This document shows, piece after piece, positions 20,263-31,291 of a stretch of DNA of 64,000 bases. This DNA comes from Trypanosoma brucei (lineage: Eukaryota). Every line of letters starts with the position of its first letter. The stretch's first letter is position 1. The translations under genes and the position numbers were made by a program. Where the stretch lies: assembly GCA_000002445.1 (NCBI GenBank), contig CM000207.1, positions 2,080,001 to 2,144,000 on the forward strand, given 5' to 3'. Below the pieces are notes generated by a model. That model searched no databases and had not been told where the DNA came from. It worked only from the letters and a program-made list of their open reading frames with translations.

Positions 20263-22965
20263 CTAATTGGGATGCCGTCTACCCAGTTCCTCGTCTGCAA
20301 GTTTCCACCGCTTGAGCACCGCTGTGTCGACAGCCAATAACGCTGAATCAAGAAAAAACAAATGTCCTTCCAGCCCACGAACGAAACGTCTGAAACGCTC
20401 TTCATCAAGCACCTTAGAAGAGAAATCATTCAACTTGCTGCGATGATTCAACACATGAGCAGATCCCGCAGCAGCGTTGGAGAAAGAGGCATGCGCCAAC
20501 AAAAAGGCAATATGTTTTAGCCACAGTTTTCCCCGTCCCTCGGTGGCCGGAGCCTCCGCGCACGCGGCATCTCTCAGATGCTTTCGGAGGGTTTGAAGAG
20601 TACACTCCGCTGCTTTAGGGAGAAAATGTGCAGCCACACCATCCGCCCCATTGAAATCATTCACACCGTTATCCCTAACGACTACTAAAGCATGTCGTAA
20701 CTCCTCCATGATTGCGCCCCAAAAACCATTTGTGGTGACCGACTCCCGCTGAGCCATGCGGCGACGACAAAACGATTCACATCCGACCCTTTCGCTTCCT
20801 TCAAATAGTTTCAGATAGTCATTGAGGACAGCACCTAAAAGTTCCAATAAGGACTCAGGTGTGCATGTGCAACCCGAGGCACCTTCGAACACAATCAGAT
20901 CATCATCCTCGCAAACACATGAATCGGCACCGTCGCCGGTGTTGGAGTTAACAACCGCGCCTAAGATCGGAGAGCACGGTGCAAAGGAGACGATAGATGA
21001 CTTTAGTGTGTCTTTAAGCAGTCCGGATGGCAATGAAACCATAATATTTTCCTCGTTTACTTCTGCGTCTGTCTCGGAGTTCGTTGTAACATCAAACATG
21101 CACTTTACCTCCGCCACGTCGGCTAGTTCCACCACTCTTTCATTAATCTCCTCCACATTCTCCCCAGTGATAAATGGGGTTTCCAGCATCTTTTCCCCAT
21201 CCCTTGAAAGAAAAAAGGGGCCACGATGTGGTGAAGCACTTCCCGTGACCGTGAGGAACTGTTCTCTCAGCACCTCCAACAAAGATCCGATGCCCTCGGG
21301 TATGTGGCTTTCATTAGCTGAACGTGGCGGTGCAGAGGTGTGTTTTCTTCTTTCGGGAAGACCACGGTGTTGTGCCTCCCATTTGTGCAGCAACCATGTC
21401 ACTCTCCTGTTGGTAGCGGTTTTACCAGCGTGAACCGCGCATGTCGCAGCTACAACGGAAGTGGAAGCTGCGACACCGGTTGAAAGTGGAAGTACGGAGG
21501 CCCCGTAACCTTGCAGGAGAGAGAGATTATGAAACATCTCTTCTGTCATTTCGAGTTGACCGAGTAAGCTATCCACTGCTAGATGTTGTTGTGGTACGGT
21601 AGAAACGGCAGTATACACGCTCTCTACGAAGCGCACGTCAATATCCTGCTTTATGCCGTTAATCGTTTTCACTCGATGCTCATAGTAATTGTACGCTTCG
21701 GAAGACAAAGCGCATGGAATCCGTACGACCTCTCCGCAGCTGTACTCGGAACTATTATCCGGGTGCGAGTGTATAGTAGTTGACAGGGAATTTGTCCCAT
21801 CACCGCCTTTTACGCACTGCGGACACAAAACATGCACCCAAGGGACTATGTTCCTTGAAATTCCCTCCAACTCTTTGAATCGTTTACCCGTGACGTCGAT
21901 GTTGAGACGAGGCCGACCTTGAGGAACTTTTTCCGGAGGGATCGTAGTGCCCGCTTCTTGCTTTGTTACATCCAAAAGCAACCTGGCTAGCACATCGCTT
22001 GTGGGCCCTTCCCCTCTCAAAGCGGGCCAGCGAGGGATCAAGTGAAAATCCTCTGGGACGCACCATTCCATAAAGAACAATGAATGTTTTAGAAAGTCGC
22101 TGGATACAAGGTGCACATTGCAGGAACTGGACTTGATGGCAGACTTTCGCCGGCTGCTAATGATCCAGTTGCATCCGTTTGTGTAGTTTTCCGACCTCGT
22201 TTCGATGGAAACGGTACAAAGCTGCTTAAGCTGCCGCAACGGAAGATTCAATTTGTGTCGTGGTGGGAAACCGGACATTCGTACCTCCCACCTTCCCGCA
22301 TTCTCTTCTTCCTTCTCCTTGCCTGTATGGTCCGACACAAGCCTCACAAGAGACGGTAGCATACTCCCCAGTGTAGTTCTCGGTGCCGCTTCAGACGGAT
22401 GCAAAACAACAAGAATAACCTCAGGGATGTTTAAAACAAGTTCAGGTTCCTCGGACGACAGTCCCTTTGTCAATGCTATCCATCGCTTCTGTAGTTCGTC
22501 CAACAAGGTGGTGGGATCCTTATACACGACGCTAAGATCAATGAGATAGTAACCATAATCGGCGGTCTCACACTTAGTGTAGTTGAACATGGGGCGGTAA
22601 AGGCGAGCACAATGGCAAAACCCTCCGCTTTCATCACCTGGAGGAAAAGAACACAGAAGAGTGTGTCGTACCCCCGGCTGGGATATGTCAAACTCTTGTT
22701 GAAAAGCCCTCAGAAGCACCTCTTCGGTGGATGAGAGTTCACTCTGTGGCTGCATGAACCCAAGCAGTCGTGTGGCACGTGCATTTAAAACATCTTCCCT
22801 GATTTTACCCTTGGCAGCAGCCGCTAGCAAGTCATCCCCCGCCCTCAATGTGGTCAAAGCAACCATACCACAAAGCCGTTGAGCATACAATGGCTTCTGC
22901 TGCTTCTCTTCAGTCATGTTCAAAATTTCTGAAGTTCCTCTTACGTCAGTAGCGGGAGACGACAC
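20263..22965 (-). CDS. Hypothetical protein (900 aa), no recognised domain
   Basis: Uninterrupted 2.7 kb minus-strand ORF of ordinary amino-acid composition. Antisense ORF 20822..21433 is a shadow. Confidence 0.6.
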   Translation of the reverse strand: MSSPATDVRGTSEILNMTEEKQQKPLYAQRLCGMVALTTLRAGDDLLAAAAKGKIREDVLNARATRLLGFMQPQSELSSTEEVLLRAFQQEFDISQPGVRHTLLCSFPPGDESGGFCHCARLYRPMFNYTKCETADYGYYLIDLSVVYKDPTTLLDELQKRWIALTKGLSSEEPELVLNIPEVILVVLHPSEAAPRTTLGSMLPSLVRLVSDHTGKEKEEENAGRWEVRMSGFPPRHKLNLPLRQLKQLCTVSIETRSENYTNGCNWIISSRRKSAIKSSSCNVHLVSSDFLKHSLFFMEWCVPEDFHLIPRWPALRGEGPTSDVLARLLLDVTKQEAGTTIPPEKVPQGRPRLNIDVTGKRFKELEGISRNIVPWVHVLCPQCVKGGDGTNSLSTTIHSHPDNSSEYSCGEVVRIPCALSSEAYNYYEHRVKTINGIKQDIDVRFVESVYTAVSTVPQQHLAVDSLLGQLEMTEEMFHNLSLLQGYGASVLPLSTGVAASTSVVAATCAVHAGKTATNRRVTWLLHKWEAQHRGLPERRKHTSAPPRSANESHIPEGIGSLLEVLREQFLTVTGSASPHRGPFFLSRDGEKMLETPFITGENVEEINERVVELADVAEVKCMFDVTTNSETDAEVNEENIMVSLPSGLLKDTLKSSIVSFAPCSPILGAVVNSNTGDGADSCVCEDDDLIVFEGASGCTCTPESLLELLGAVLNDYLKLFEGSERVGCESFCRRRMAQRESVTTNGFWGAIMEELRHALVVVRDNGVNDFNGADGVAAHFLPKAAECTLQTLRKHLRDAACAEAPATEGRGKLWLKHIAFLLAHASFSNAAAGSAHVLNHRSKLNDFSSKVLDEERFRRFVRGLEGHLFFLDSALLAVDTAVLKRWKLADEELGRRHPN

Positions 22966-23516
22966 TCGTATGTGGAAGGGAACACTAATGAAAGTTCACA
23001 GTGGGGTAGGAAGAGAATAAGAATCCGAGGGGGGAAATATGATGAGAAGCACGGCACAAACTTTGCAAATACCAAGCCTCGCGACGCCAGCCCATTCATA
23101 TGTGTATGTACAGATATATTTACTCATGTATTTACCTGGCTTCCTCCTCAATTCAAATTTATTGTTACGTTCATGTGTAAAAAAAAAAAAAGAGACAGTT
23201 ACATGGCTGTGTTTTTTTTTAAAAAAATAGTTTTCAACGAAGTGGCTGAGTCATGTGTAGGAACAACATCATGTAGAATGTAGTGTACACACTAGCAGCT
23301 TCCACACACGTGCGCATATCCATACACTAACCAGTCAGAGACGATAAACAACATTGAAAAAAAATAAAAGTAAAAAGGGAGCTTTTGGCCAACAACAGCC
23401 AACAGGGAAAGAAGAAAGCGTCCGATATTTCGAGAAAACACCAGGTGGTTCCTGTTTACAACTCCACTGATTTGTTCTTCATGCGCCACCACAAGCCTTG
23501 TGTGTAGCTGTTGTGT

Positions 23517-24785
23517 TTAATAGAAGGGTTTGAACCGCGCTAGGCGCCACAACAACCGTTGCTTGAAGGAAGGCTGGAGCGGTCGTCGCATCCAAGTGAC
23601 AACGGCTCCGTTGCCCATCTGCATTTCGCTGTCCGTTTTGTAAATCATCCAGCGCGAAAGATGCGGTAGATACATTTTCGCCCAATTATCCCGTATGTAC
23701 GGCGGAACAATGTCGGCATCTCTAGGACGATACTTGAAGCATCCCCACGTGTCCCATGGATTCCCCTCAATGTAACTGTCAGGGGTTCCAAAGTAAATAC
23801 ACTCTCGGACTGAGCCCGTGCGACGAATAATCGCGGTGATGTCCATATTCATAATCATATCCGAGAACAATACAATTGAGGGTTCATACTTCTCCAAAGC
23901 CACCTGGTCTTTCATTTTGATGATAGGGTGTGGTTTGAACTCCTCTTGCTTGTGCTGTGGAATAACAAGAAGGTATGGGTTCATGTTTGGTTTCTCATGG
24001 ACATGAATAATTGGGACGGGGATTTTCCCAGTTTTGTTCAGCATGGCACCAAATTTCCCCGTGCGAGAACCCAAAAAAAGAATGGGGGCTTTCCTTGCTT
24101 TCGGATCTTCAATTAACCCATGGCGGTACGCGATGTACTCTGCCGTGCTGTCGATTAGTTCTCTGTTAAGCAGCGTCGATTGTGCTGTCACCATCATAAG
24201 GTAAGCCAATGTGCTGAAGGGGGAGTAGTAGTTCCAGAAAAGGCAATACCACTCCTCAAATGTGAGTGCTGTCTCCTTATTAGCGTTGCAATTAGAGAGT
24301 GGAAGTCGCGAAATATCCTCTAAGCGTACAAACATCCCTTGCTTCCAAAATAGCGGCTTTCTCAATCCTACCGCCCGCAGTGCCGAAGTGTATGAGGGAA
24401 GGTACGAAGGATAGAAACAGCGCTCCAACTCCGCATAATCCAAATTATTCGCCTTCATGAAGCTGTTCCCAAGGAACTCCGCATAAAGTACAGCGATGGC
24501 TTGCAAGCTACTGTCCTTTCCTTTCTTATCCGCCACCTGCAGCCGCTCCCGGAGGTTGTCGAACCGTTCCGCCTCAAACCGTGGATGAAGAGAACCGGTG
24601 AGTTGCACAAATTTTGACTCCGCTGCTTTACTGTGGAAACGATTCACAGGCGGTACCTCAAATGTGTAACCATTGAGCGAAGCCACTCTTTGGTAAATGC
24701 TGCGTTCCTCCTCACTAGAGTACTGCACGCCTAACTTCGTGGGAGTGCCAAACTCTCCACCTCCGCTGCCACCATGTTTGGTCAT
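23517..24785 (-). CDS. Hypothetical protein (422 aa)
   Basis: Complete ORF in the transcription-unit orientation, Gly-rich N-terminus (MTKHGGSGGGEFG). No motif I can name. Confidence 0.55.
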   Translation of the reverse strand: MTKHGGSGGGEFGTPTKLGVQYSSEEERSIYQRVASLNGYTFEVPPVNRFHSKAAESKFVQLTGSLHPRFEAERFDNLRERLQVADKKGKDSSLQAIAVLYAEFLGNSFMKANNLDYAELERCFYPSYLPSYTSALRAVGLRKPLFWKQGMFVRLEDISRLPLSNCNANKETALTFEEWYCLFWNYYSPFSTLAYLMMVTAQSTLLNRELIDSTAEYIAYRHGLIEDPKARKAPILFLGSRTGKFGAMLNKTGKIPVPIIHVHEKPNMNPYLLVIPQHKQEEFKPHPIIKMKDQVALEKYEPSIVLFSDMIMNMDITAIIRRTGSVRECIYFGTPDSYIEGNPWDTWGCFKYRPRDADIVPPYIRDNWAKMYLPHLSRWMIYKTDSEMQMGNGAVVTWMRRPLQPSFKQRLLWRLARFKPFY

Positions 24786-27169
24786 GACTGATACAACTAC
24801 TGCTTACACTTACACGATACTGTCTCGCTGCTGCTTCTTACCGTGTGTTTCCTCTCTTCCAGCCTTGCAGAACACACTGCTGAACCTGCCACGGAATATA
24901 TATATGTATGCGAATAACAGAGTCGGTGACACAAACAAATATTGGAAAAACAAATCAAAGGTGGAGAGAGTGAGCGAAGCACGCAAAACACTGAATTGTC
25001 ACCCAGCGAATAATACGCTCCACACAAACAATGTGTATTCTCTCCCTCCTTCTTTTCCTTGTCTTTTTTTCAAAATGCGTAATGGCAATACAACAAATAA
25101 AAAGAAATGAATAAAAAAGAAGCGTAAGAAAGCGAAAGACAGGATAAAAGATGTGACAAAGGGAGAAAACACAACATTGTCAGGTAGCATAAAGAGAAGA
25201 ATTGAGGTGCAACAGAAAGCAACACAAGACCATGTTACAATGGGAGTTGTTTTTTGTTTTTTGCAGCCGATAGCTTCCCAATTAGTGAAGAAGCGAGCAT
25301 TACTAACTTTTAGCAAATAAATAAAGGGATCTATCCATATATAGATAGGCATATCGATAGATAATAACATATTTGCTCATTCAATTAATACGACATGCTT
25401 AGACTCGGCATCAATAATTGTTACAAGGAAGAATTAGGGGAGGAAGGGTAAGTAGGAAATAAGGTAGAGAAGAGGAGAGAGAGAGAGGGGGGGGGAAACG
25501 ACACCACCAACACAACGACACACCGAAACCAGGAAAAAAAGGTATGCTGATAATTTGGTATTTACAACATTAAGTGAAGCATGTGATTGGGATCATTCGA
25601 GTGGCAGTCAACACCATATCACGTGCCTCACCTCTCAGCAGCCCATGAAATAAAAACTCAGATGGAAAAAGTAGAGACAGGGAAAAGCAAGACAGATAAG
25701 GGGCACACAGAGACGCAAATCCATACATAATTTGTACATCTATATTTATTTACTTACCTGTTTACCTCTGACAATGACGACAAGGACGACAACAAGAAAT
25801 AAAGGGAAGGAAAAAAACAAAAAACAAAAAGAAACCAAAGCGACAGGTGTCGAAGCAAAGTAAGAAGCTGAGATGATCTACCGAGGTCCTTTGATTTACC
25901 GGTGCAATGCAACACTCACTGAATATAATGCCACATGCATCGGCTAACACAAATCACCGGTAATTAAATCTCCTTTTTAGAAAACCTCGAAAACTTGCCA
26001 CGACGGTGCGCTAAAAAATAAAAACGAAAAAAAAAAAGTAATGTGATAAACGGAAGAAACACAAAAAGAAAAAAATTGCAGCATAGGGCCCCCCTCATCT
26101 GTCTGCATTTTCCAAATGCAGCAACCAATAAAAAAGAAAGGTGCGTGGAAGCAGCATCGTTGGCAACAAAACAACATAAAAATAAGATCGAACAGAGAAA
26201 CGGAAGGATAAACTATCCCTATTTCCTCCAAACATTTCACAATAAATATGTATAAGTGTATATGAGTTCCAAAACTCCGCAACAACAAACTCATGTGGAC
26301 GTGGCAAAAGAGAAGCAAATACTGGTATATTTGAAACAAAACGAAGGAAAAAGAATGGAGTGAATAACAATGACAGCAATAATCATAACAAAAGTAAAAG
26401 TGACTGGAACAACAGTCATTGCTATTATCAAGAAACTGTGATCCTTCTCACGCTATTTAAGCCATTAATTACCCGTATTTGTTGCGCCTCCTCTCTCACC
26501 TTTTATTCTACCGTTATTACTCAAAAGTGCTTTAACCGCACACTCTCCCATCCATCCAACATTTTCCCCTTGGGTGGTATTATCTCTTCATAATAAGTAT
26601 AATCATATTAATTTACTTAGCTGTTTCAGCTGCTGATATGGTTGTCCCCTGACTTAGCCCAACTCACCTGGCACTCACCATTTCCGCCCTTTTTTTTTCA
26701 CCCATTCATTGATTTAGCTGTCTTAAACTATCTTCACTTCCGTACACTCATACCGTCCCTATCCTTTTTTCCTTTCCTGCTACCGTTTTATAAATTGGAC
26801 AGGCTCGAGGAGTATTGGCGTGGAAAAAAAAAAAGGAGTAGTCGGCACGCACAGAAATATATATATATAGATCTTTTCCCACACTTATTTGAAGAAACCT
26901 ACGGCGACTGTAGTAATGGCAACACCACTGAAAATAACAACAACAAGAAGGGTGAAAATCTCTATCTTTTCATTTTTAGTTACTGGAAAGTTTTCGTTAT
27001 TTCCTTCTATTAGCATGTTCACGTTCATTTTCGCCTTCCTTCCTTATTTGCTTTCCCCTCGCTCCCCTCGTTTTTTGTGGAGGAGGTCCTTTAATAGAGG
27101 ATGAGCGTTCTTTTGTTTCATTCCAATAAAAAGAAAAATGTTCCCCACATTCACCCAACACATTTCTCT

Positions 27170-30100
27170 CTATTTGTAGCTCCTTGGGTGCTGCATCACC
27201 CCAACTGGTTCAGGGATGGGCTCTGGACGATGATAAGGAGCGCAACCGTTGGAAGAGAACACCAGCGCGGACTGCCTCGTGGGGTTAAAACCCGGTGGTG
27301 GCTCACGGGGTTTGCAATGCGGCACTGCAGACCCTTCATTCCCTCCTACTCGAACCTTCGTTGCTGCTTCCTCAATACCTTCAATGATACGTATTACGTT
27401 AGATGTGATCATCGCGGGAATGAGATCGGGCCTGGCTTCCATGTTGCATGGAATGCCAAAGTTGCTTCCATTCGCAATCAGGAGATCTGACATTGTTTCA
27501 ACGTCCGTGATACTGGCCTCGCGCTGCAAGAGCATGTGAAGTATGCACAACCGCGCGCACATTAAGCGTCGCAGCTGAAGCAGCTGCAAAGCCGTTTGGC
27601 AATCACAAGTAATGAAAACACGGCTACCGCACTGCCATACCTCAAACGTCACTGGGGCCGCTTCGTCAACGATCTCCTCGAAGAGAATAGTACTGCTAAA
27701 CACCAGAAGCATTACGTTGTACACCTCTTGAGAGAGTTGGGAGCTAAAAGAACCAACGAGGCGATCGTAAGCTGTGTGGAGAGTATAGGGGACGCACACT
27801 GTGTTGCGCGTCCACGGGCATGCTGTAGGCACCGACATATCGCGAGAGCAGTTGATGTTCACGAACACACCGCTCCCGGCAAACCGCTTCTTCTGCGCAG
27901 TTTCAGCATCATGCAAAACAAAAATGCCACGCTGCATAAATGCTGCGGAACACAAGATGGAGAGCATCTGGGCATGTGTGTCATATTGTCGACGGAGATC
28001 GCCAACATCATCGATGTCCTCAAATGGGATTAAAGCGCCAAGCTGATCCTTTGCCTGCTGTACCAACAGCAGGATATCGACAATACGCATGCGGCTTAGA
28101 TAGCGTTTCTCGCACCATGTATTCTGTCCTTCTTCAGATAGCCCTTCCTGCTGCATTTGCATGTACTCAAGTACGGCACCAACCGATGACACCACATCAT
28201 TACGCAACCTGCCCTTGAACTGAAGCATCGTCTCTTGCACACAATTTTTGACTTTAAGTCGTTCTACTCTGTCCGTCACGTCGTATGGGACGTAAAACGG
28301 CGAGTTGCACGCAATGCATGATGCTGCCACTATGGAAAGTGTAGTAAGACCAGTAAGAAGGCCATGGAACACAACGGCGCCCGCATTCACAGCGAAAGGA
28401 AGGCGACCCACAATCAGACCTCGTAGTGCGACGTGATACCGTAGGTTTGCCGGCGGTTTTGTTGCCAGTTGCCTACTATCTACACCTTCCAGACCACCTT
28501 GTTTTGTCTCCGACCGAGATTCATATGCCTCACTTACAAGTTCACTCCACACCTTCTTGATGCTGAGGTGCTCAGGGTTATCGATACGCTCAATCAAAGA
28601 GGTGTGGTCCTCCTCGGGAACAATATAACCGCCATCACACAAAGTGTTCAAACTCAACTGCACGCTCACGTTACGAGGTTTCTCTGGACACATAGAGAAG
28701 AGAATATAAGGCGCACTGGTTAAATACAGACAGTGAAGCACAATCTCATGTATAACAGCATTGCTTAAACGACAGTCACATGGCGGTAGCTGAGGTACTT
28801 GTTCTTTCAAGACCATCGTGAAGAAGAAACCTTGCTGGACGCGCCCAGCGCGTCCGCGCCGCTGTTTGAGATTTACAGCGCTCTCCCACATAAGCTCAAG
28901 TGGTGGAAATGCAACAGAGTTGGGGTTCGACTCAGTGATGTATGGACGCTTCACTGTGCCGGAATCGATGACAAAAACAACATCTGGAAGTGTAATGGAC
29001 ACTTCAGCAATATCAGTAGCTACATATACCTTCTTTTTCGTCCCCGATTTCCGCTGTATGGCCTCCTGCACGTACGAGAGTTCAATGTCACGATACCATG
29101 GAATGGCATCAAGTTCTTCACCCAAGTTGTCCCGTATCCACAACGTGAGTTGTTCGACGACCGTGCGTCCAGGAACAAACATAAGTATGCTGTCCCCAGG
29201 TTTAGCAGCGGTGGCTAGGAACTCGAGTAACTTTTTCATATAAAAAATTATAGTATGTAACTGAATTGAGCTCATGATTCCACTACTCTCAATATCGGGT
29301 GCAACGCAAGCGACGCCAATTAGTCTGCTGACATCTTCAAGGTAGTAGTCGTGCACGGGGTACATAGCATTGGCCTTGGAATACTCCCCAACCGTTAAAC
29401 CGTCAAAGAAACCCGCCCATTTAGACGCCTCTGCAGTTGCACTGCAGAGTATAAGCTTTATCCGCCCAGGATTGCGCTTCATAACTAACTTCATCAGCAA
29501 CAGTGACACCTCCACCTCCACCGATCGCTCGTGGAACTCATCAAATATGACGTGCGTCATCCCAATACAGTCCGGTGTGGTGTGTAACAGATAGAGAAAG
29601 AGGGTGTAATTTGTCACGTACATAATCGGAGTTTGCCCCACTTCACCCGCATGTTCCCCGCGAACCCAATACCCCACGCGGCTTCCCACTTTCTCGCCGT
29701 AAAAAACGGAAACGCGCTCCGCCAGTTTAATTGCGGGTGTGCGCCGCGGCTGCGTGTTTACAATTTTCGCTCCTGGGTCGTCGTCCAGTATAGCCTTAGG
29801 GATAAGTGTGCTTTTCCCGGTACCCGTGTCTGTTACTACGATCGTCACATCGTGAGCGGCAACTAAGTCGAGGACCTGGCTAACATCAAGGGTTCCGACA
29901 ACACCAGTGGTGCTCGACGCCTGTTTGCGCAAGTGATCTGCAGTTTCATTTTGGTCTTCTTGCAGTGCGTAAAGTCGCTTAAATTTTTCAAGTGCCTCCT
30001 TGTCTGGTGGCAAAGACGACGGAGGCATTACGTTAGAGCCAGAAGGTCGGCCGCCCCGCCTGTTGCCTCCACGACGGTCGATCATTCTCCCCGCCCCGAC

Positions 30101-31291
30101 TGCACCACCGTCAATCATGCGATCCACCATGGCAGCATCCCTATCCATTCCCCTTCTTGGGTCGCGATCCATCATGGCAGCATCCCTATCCTGATCTGTG
30201 TCCCAGTTCCTTCCTTCCATTCGCTGCGACTCGCCCCAAGCCTCTTGCTGATGCTTTGGGCACCGCGACTGTGGCTCATGGTGACCAGCCCCCTCTGCGT
30301 CCCTGTAATTAGGGAGAGGTCGGGGATGAGCTGTGTTGGTTTCCCCCTTAGGCTGAAGATGGAGTAAGTGTTGCAACACGTCAAACTCGCTGTTGTAACC
30401 CCTAGTGATGTGCAACCGTACATCTTTCTCTGGTTGCGGCTGCTGTTGTGTATCATGTTCGCAAGCTATGCTCCGTTGTGCATTCATCAGATGACTAGAC
30501 GAATCAGCGAATTGTCCGTGACCCTCTGAACTATTTCGATGCTCTTCACCTGAGTATCCAGGCGGTGCGCCGCGGGGTGCTCTCCGGTCGTAGCTCGGGA
30601 TAGGAAATAAATGCGAGTGAGGAGGCTGTCGCCCCGCATTCATTCCGTGGGGGTGTCCGTGCGACCTGGGGTAAGGCGGTGATCCAAGAGCATCCTCTGA
30701 GTGTCGCCGTTGCTGATTCCATTCGTCGCTTGGTCGTGTTTCCTTATCCCACCGGTGAACCTCACGCACGGAATCATCGCACCGTTGTTGCTGAGTTATC
30801 CAGCGCTGTTGTGACGATGACCTCCTTATGGCTCCCTCTGAACTTTTAACCATCTGAGGGTAGTCACACGGGCGCGACTTGGTGCTGCGTTGCTCATCAC
30901 ACCAGCCCCTCTTATCACGAGTGTGTTGAGTATCATGGTGCAAGTATGGATCCACGTCGCTCCTGTGGTGCTGAAGCCTCCTGTTGTCTCCCACAGTGGA
31001 GGAGTACGCACCACCGCAGATGTCACTGTCGTCGGTATAATTATCTTTTCGGACGGTGAGGGAGACGTGTTGGTTACCTGACATGCCCCTGCCTTGTCGA
31101 GAGTACGGGTTACTGAGGGGGAAAGAACCTTGTTGCCGATTCCGGTATTCGTCTTTCCGCATTTCAGCGGGGTCGGAAATGCTTGCCTTGTTGGTGATTT
31201 TGGTGTTGCTCCCTTTTAAATGGATAGTAAGGAATGCAGTTACGACGCTAAAGCACAGTAAGCAGCTACACTGCAAACCCTTCCCAAGCAA
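27170..31291 (-). CDS. DEAH-box ATP-dependent RNA helicase with Arg/Gly/Asp-rich repetitive N-terminal region
   Basis: Walker A TDTGTGKST. Motif II VIFDEFHERS (DEFH). Motif III SAT. Motif V TDIAEVSITLPDVVFVIDSG. Motif VI QRRGRAGRV. N-terminal repeats MDRDAAMMDRD / MDRDAAMVDRM and RGG (DRRGGNRRGGRPSG). True start may be at one of several internal Met residues downstream of 31291. Confidence 0.8.
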   Translation of the reverse strand: MLGKGLQCSCLLCFSVVTAFLTIHLKGSNTKITNKASISDPAEMRKDEYRNRQQGSFPLSNPYSRQGRGMSGNQHVSLTVRKDNYTDDSDICGGAYSSTVGDNRRLQHHRSDVDPYLHHDTQHTRDKRGWCDEQRSTKSRPCDYPQMVKSSEGAIRRSSSQQRWITQQQRCDDSVREVHRWDKETRPSDEWNQQRRHSEDALGSPPYPRSHGHPHGMNAGRQPPHSHLFPIPSYDRRAPRGAPPGYSGEEHRNSSEGHGQFADSSSHLMNAQRSIACEHDTQQQPQPEKDVRLHITRGYNSEFDVLQHLLHLQPKGETNTAHPRPLPNYRDAEGAGHHEPQSRCPKHQQEAWGESQRMEGRNWDTDQDRDAAMMDRDPRRGMDRDAAMVDRMIDGGAVGAGRMIDRRGGNRRGGRPSGSNVMPPSSLPPDKEALEKFKRLYALQEDQNETADHLRKQASSTTGVVGTLDVSQVLDLVAAHDVTIVVTDTGTGKSTLIPKAILDDDPGAKIVNTQPRRTPAIKLAERVSVFYGEKVGSRVGYWVRGEHAGEVGQTPIMYVTNYTLFLYLLHTTPDCIGMTHVIFDEFHERSVEVEVSLLLMKLVMKRNPGRIKLILCSATAEASKWAGFFDGLTVGEYSKANAMYPVHDYYLEDVSRLIGVACVAPDIESSGIMSSIQLHTIIFYMKKLLEFLATAAKPGDSILMFVPGRTVVEQLTLWIRDNLGEELDAIPWYRDIELSYVQEAIQRKSGTKKKVYVATDIAEVSITLPDVVFVIDSGTVKRPYITESNPNSVAFPPLELMWESAVNLKQRRGRAGRVQQGFFFTMVLKEQVPQLPPCDCRLSNAVIHEIVLHCLYLTSAPYILFSMCPEKPRNVSVQLSLNTLCDGGYIVPEEDHTSLIERIDNPEHLSIKKVWSELVSEAYESRSETKQGGLEGVDSRQLATKPPANLRYHVALRGLIVGRLPFAVNAGAVVFHGLLTGLTTLSIVAASCIACNSPFYVPYDVTDRVERLKVKNCVQETMLQFKGRLRNDVVSSVGAVLEYMQMQQEGLSEEGQNTWCEKRYLSRMRIVDILLLVQQAKDQLGALIPFEDIDDVGDLRRQYDTHAQMLSILCSAAFMQRGIFVLHDAETAQKKRFAGSGVFVNINCSRDMSVPTACPWTRNTVCVPYTLHTAYDRLVGSFSSQLSQEVYNVMLLVFSSTILFEEIVDEAAPVTFEVWQCGSRVFITCDCQTALQLLQLRRLMCARLCILHMLLQREASITDVETMSDLLIANGSNFGIPCNMEARPDLIPAMITSNVIRIIEGIEEAATKVRVGGNEGSAVPHCKPREPPPGFNPTRQSALVFSSNGCAPYHRPEPIPEPVGVMQHPRSYK

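Noticed and set aside
20822-21433. 203-aa plus-strand ORF, and similar plus-strand ORFs at 4723..5181, 48845..49333, 53670..54434, 54521..54955
   Set aside because: All lie antisense to strong minus-strand genes or in low-complexity spacers and have Ser/Pro/Leu-rich junk composition. No plus-strand gene is supportable in this window.
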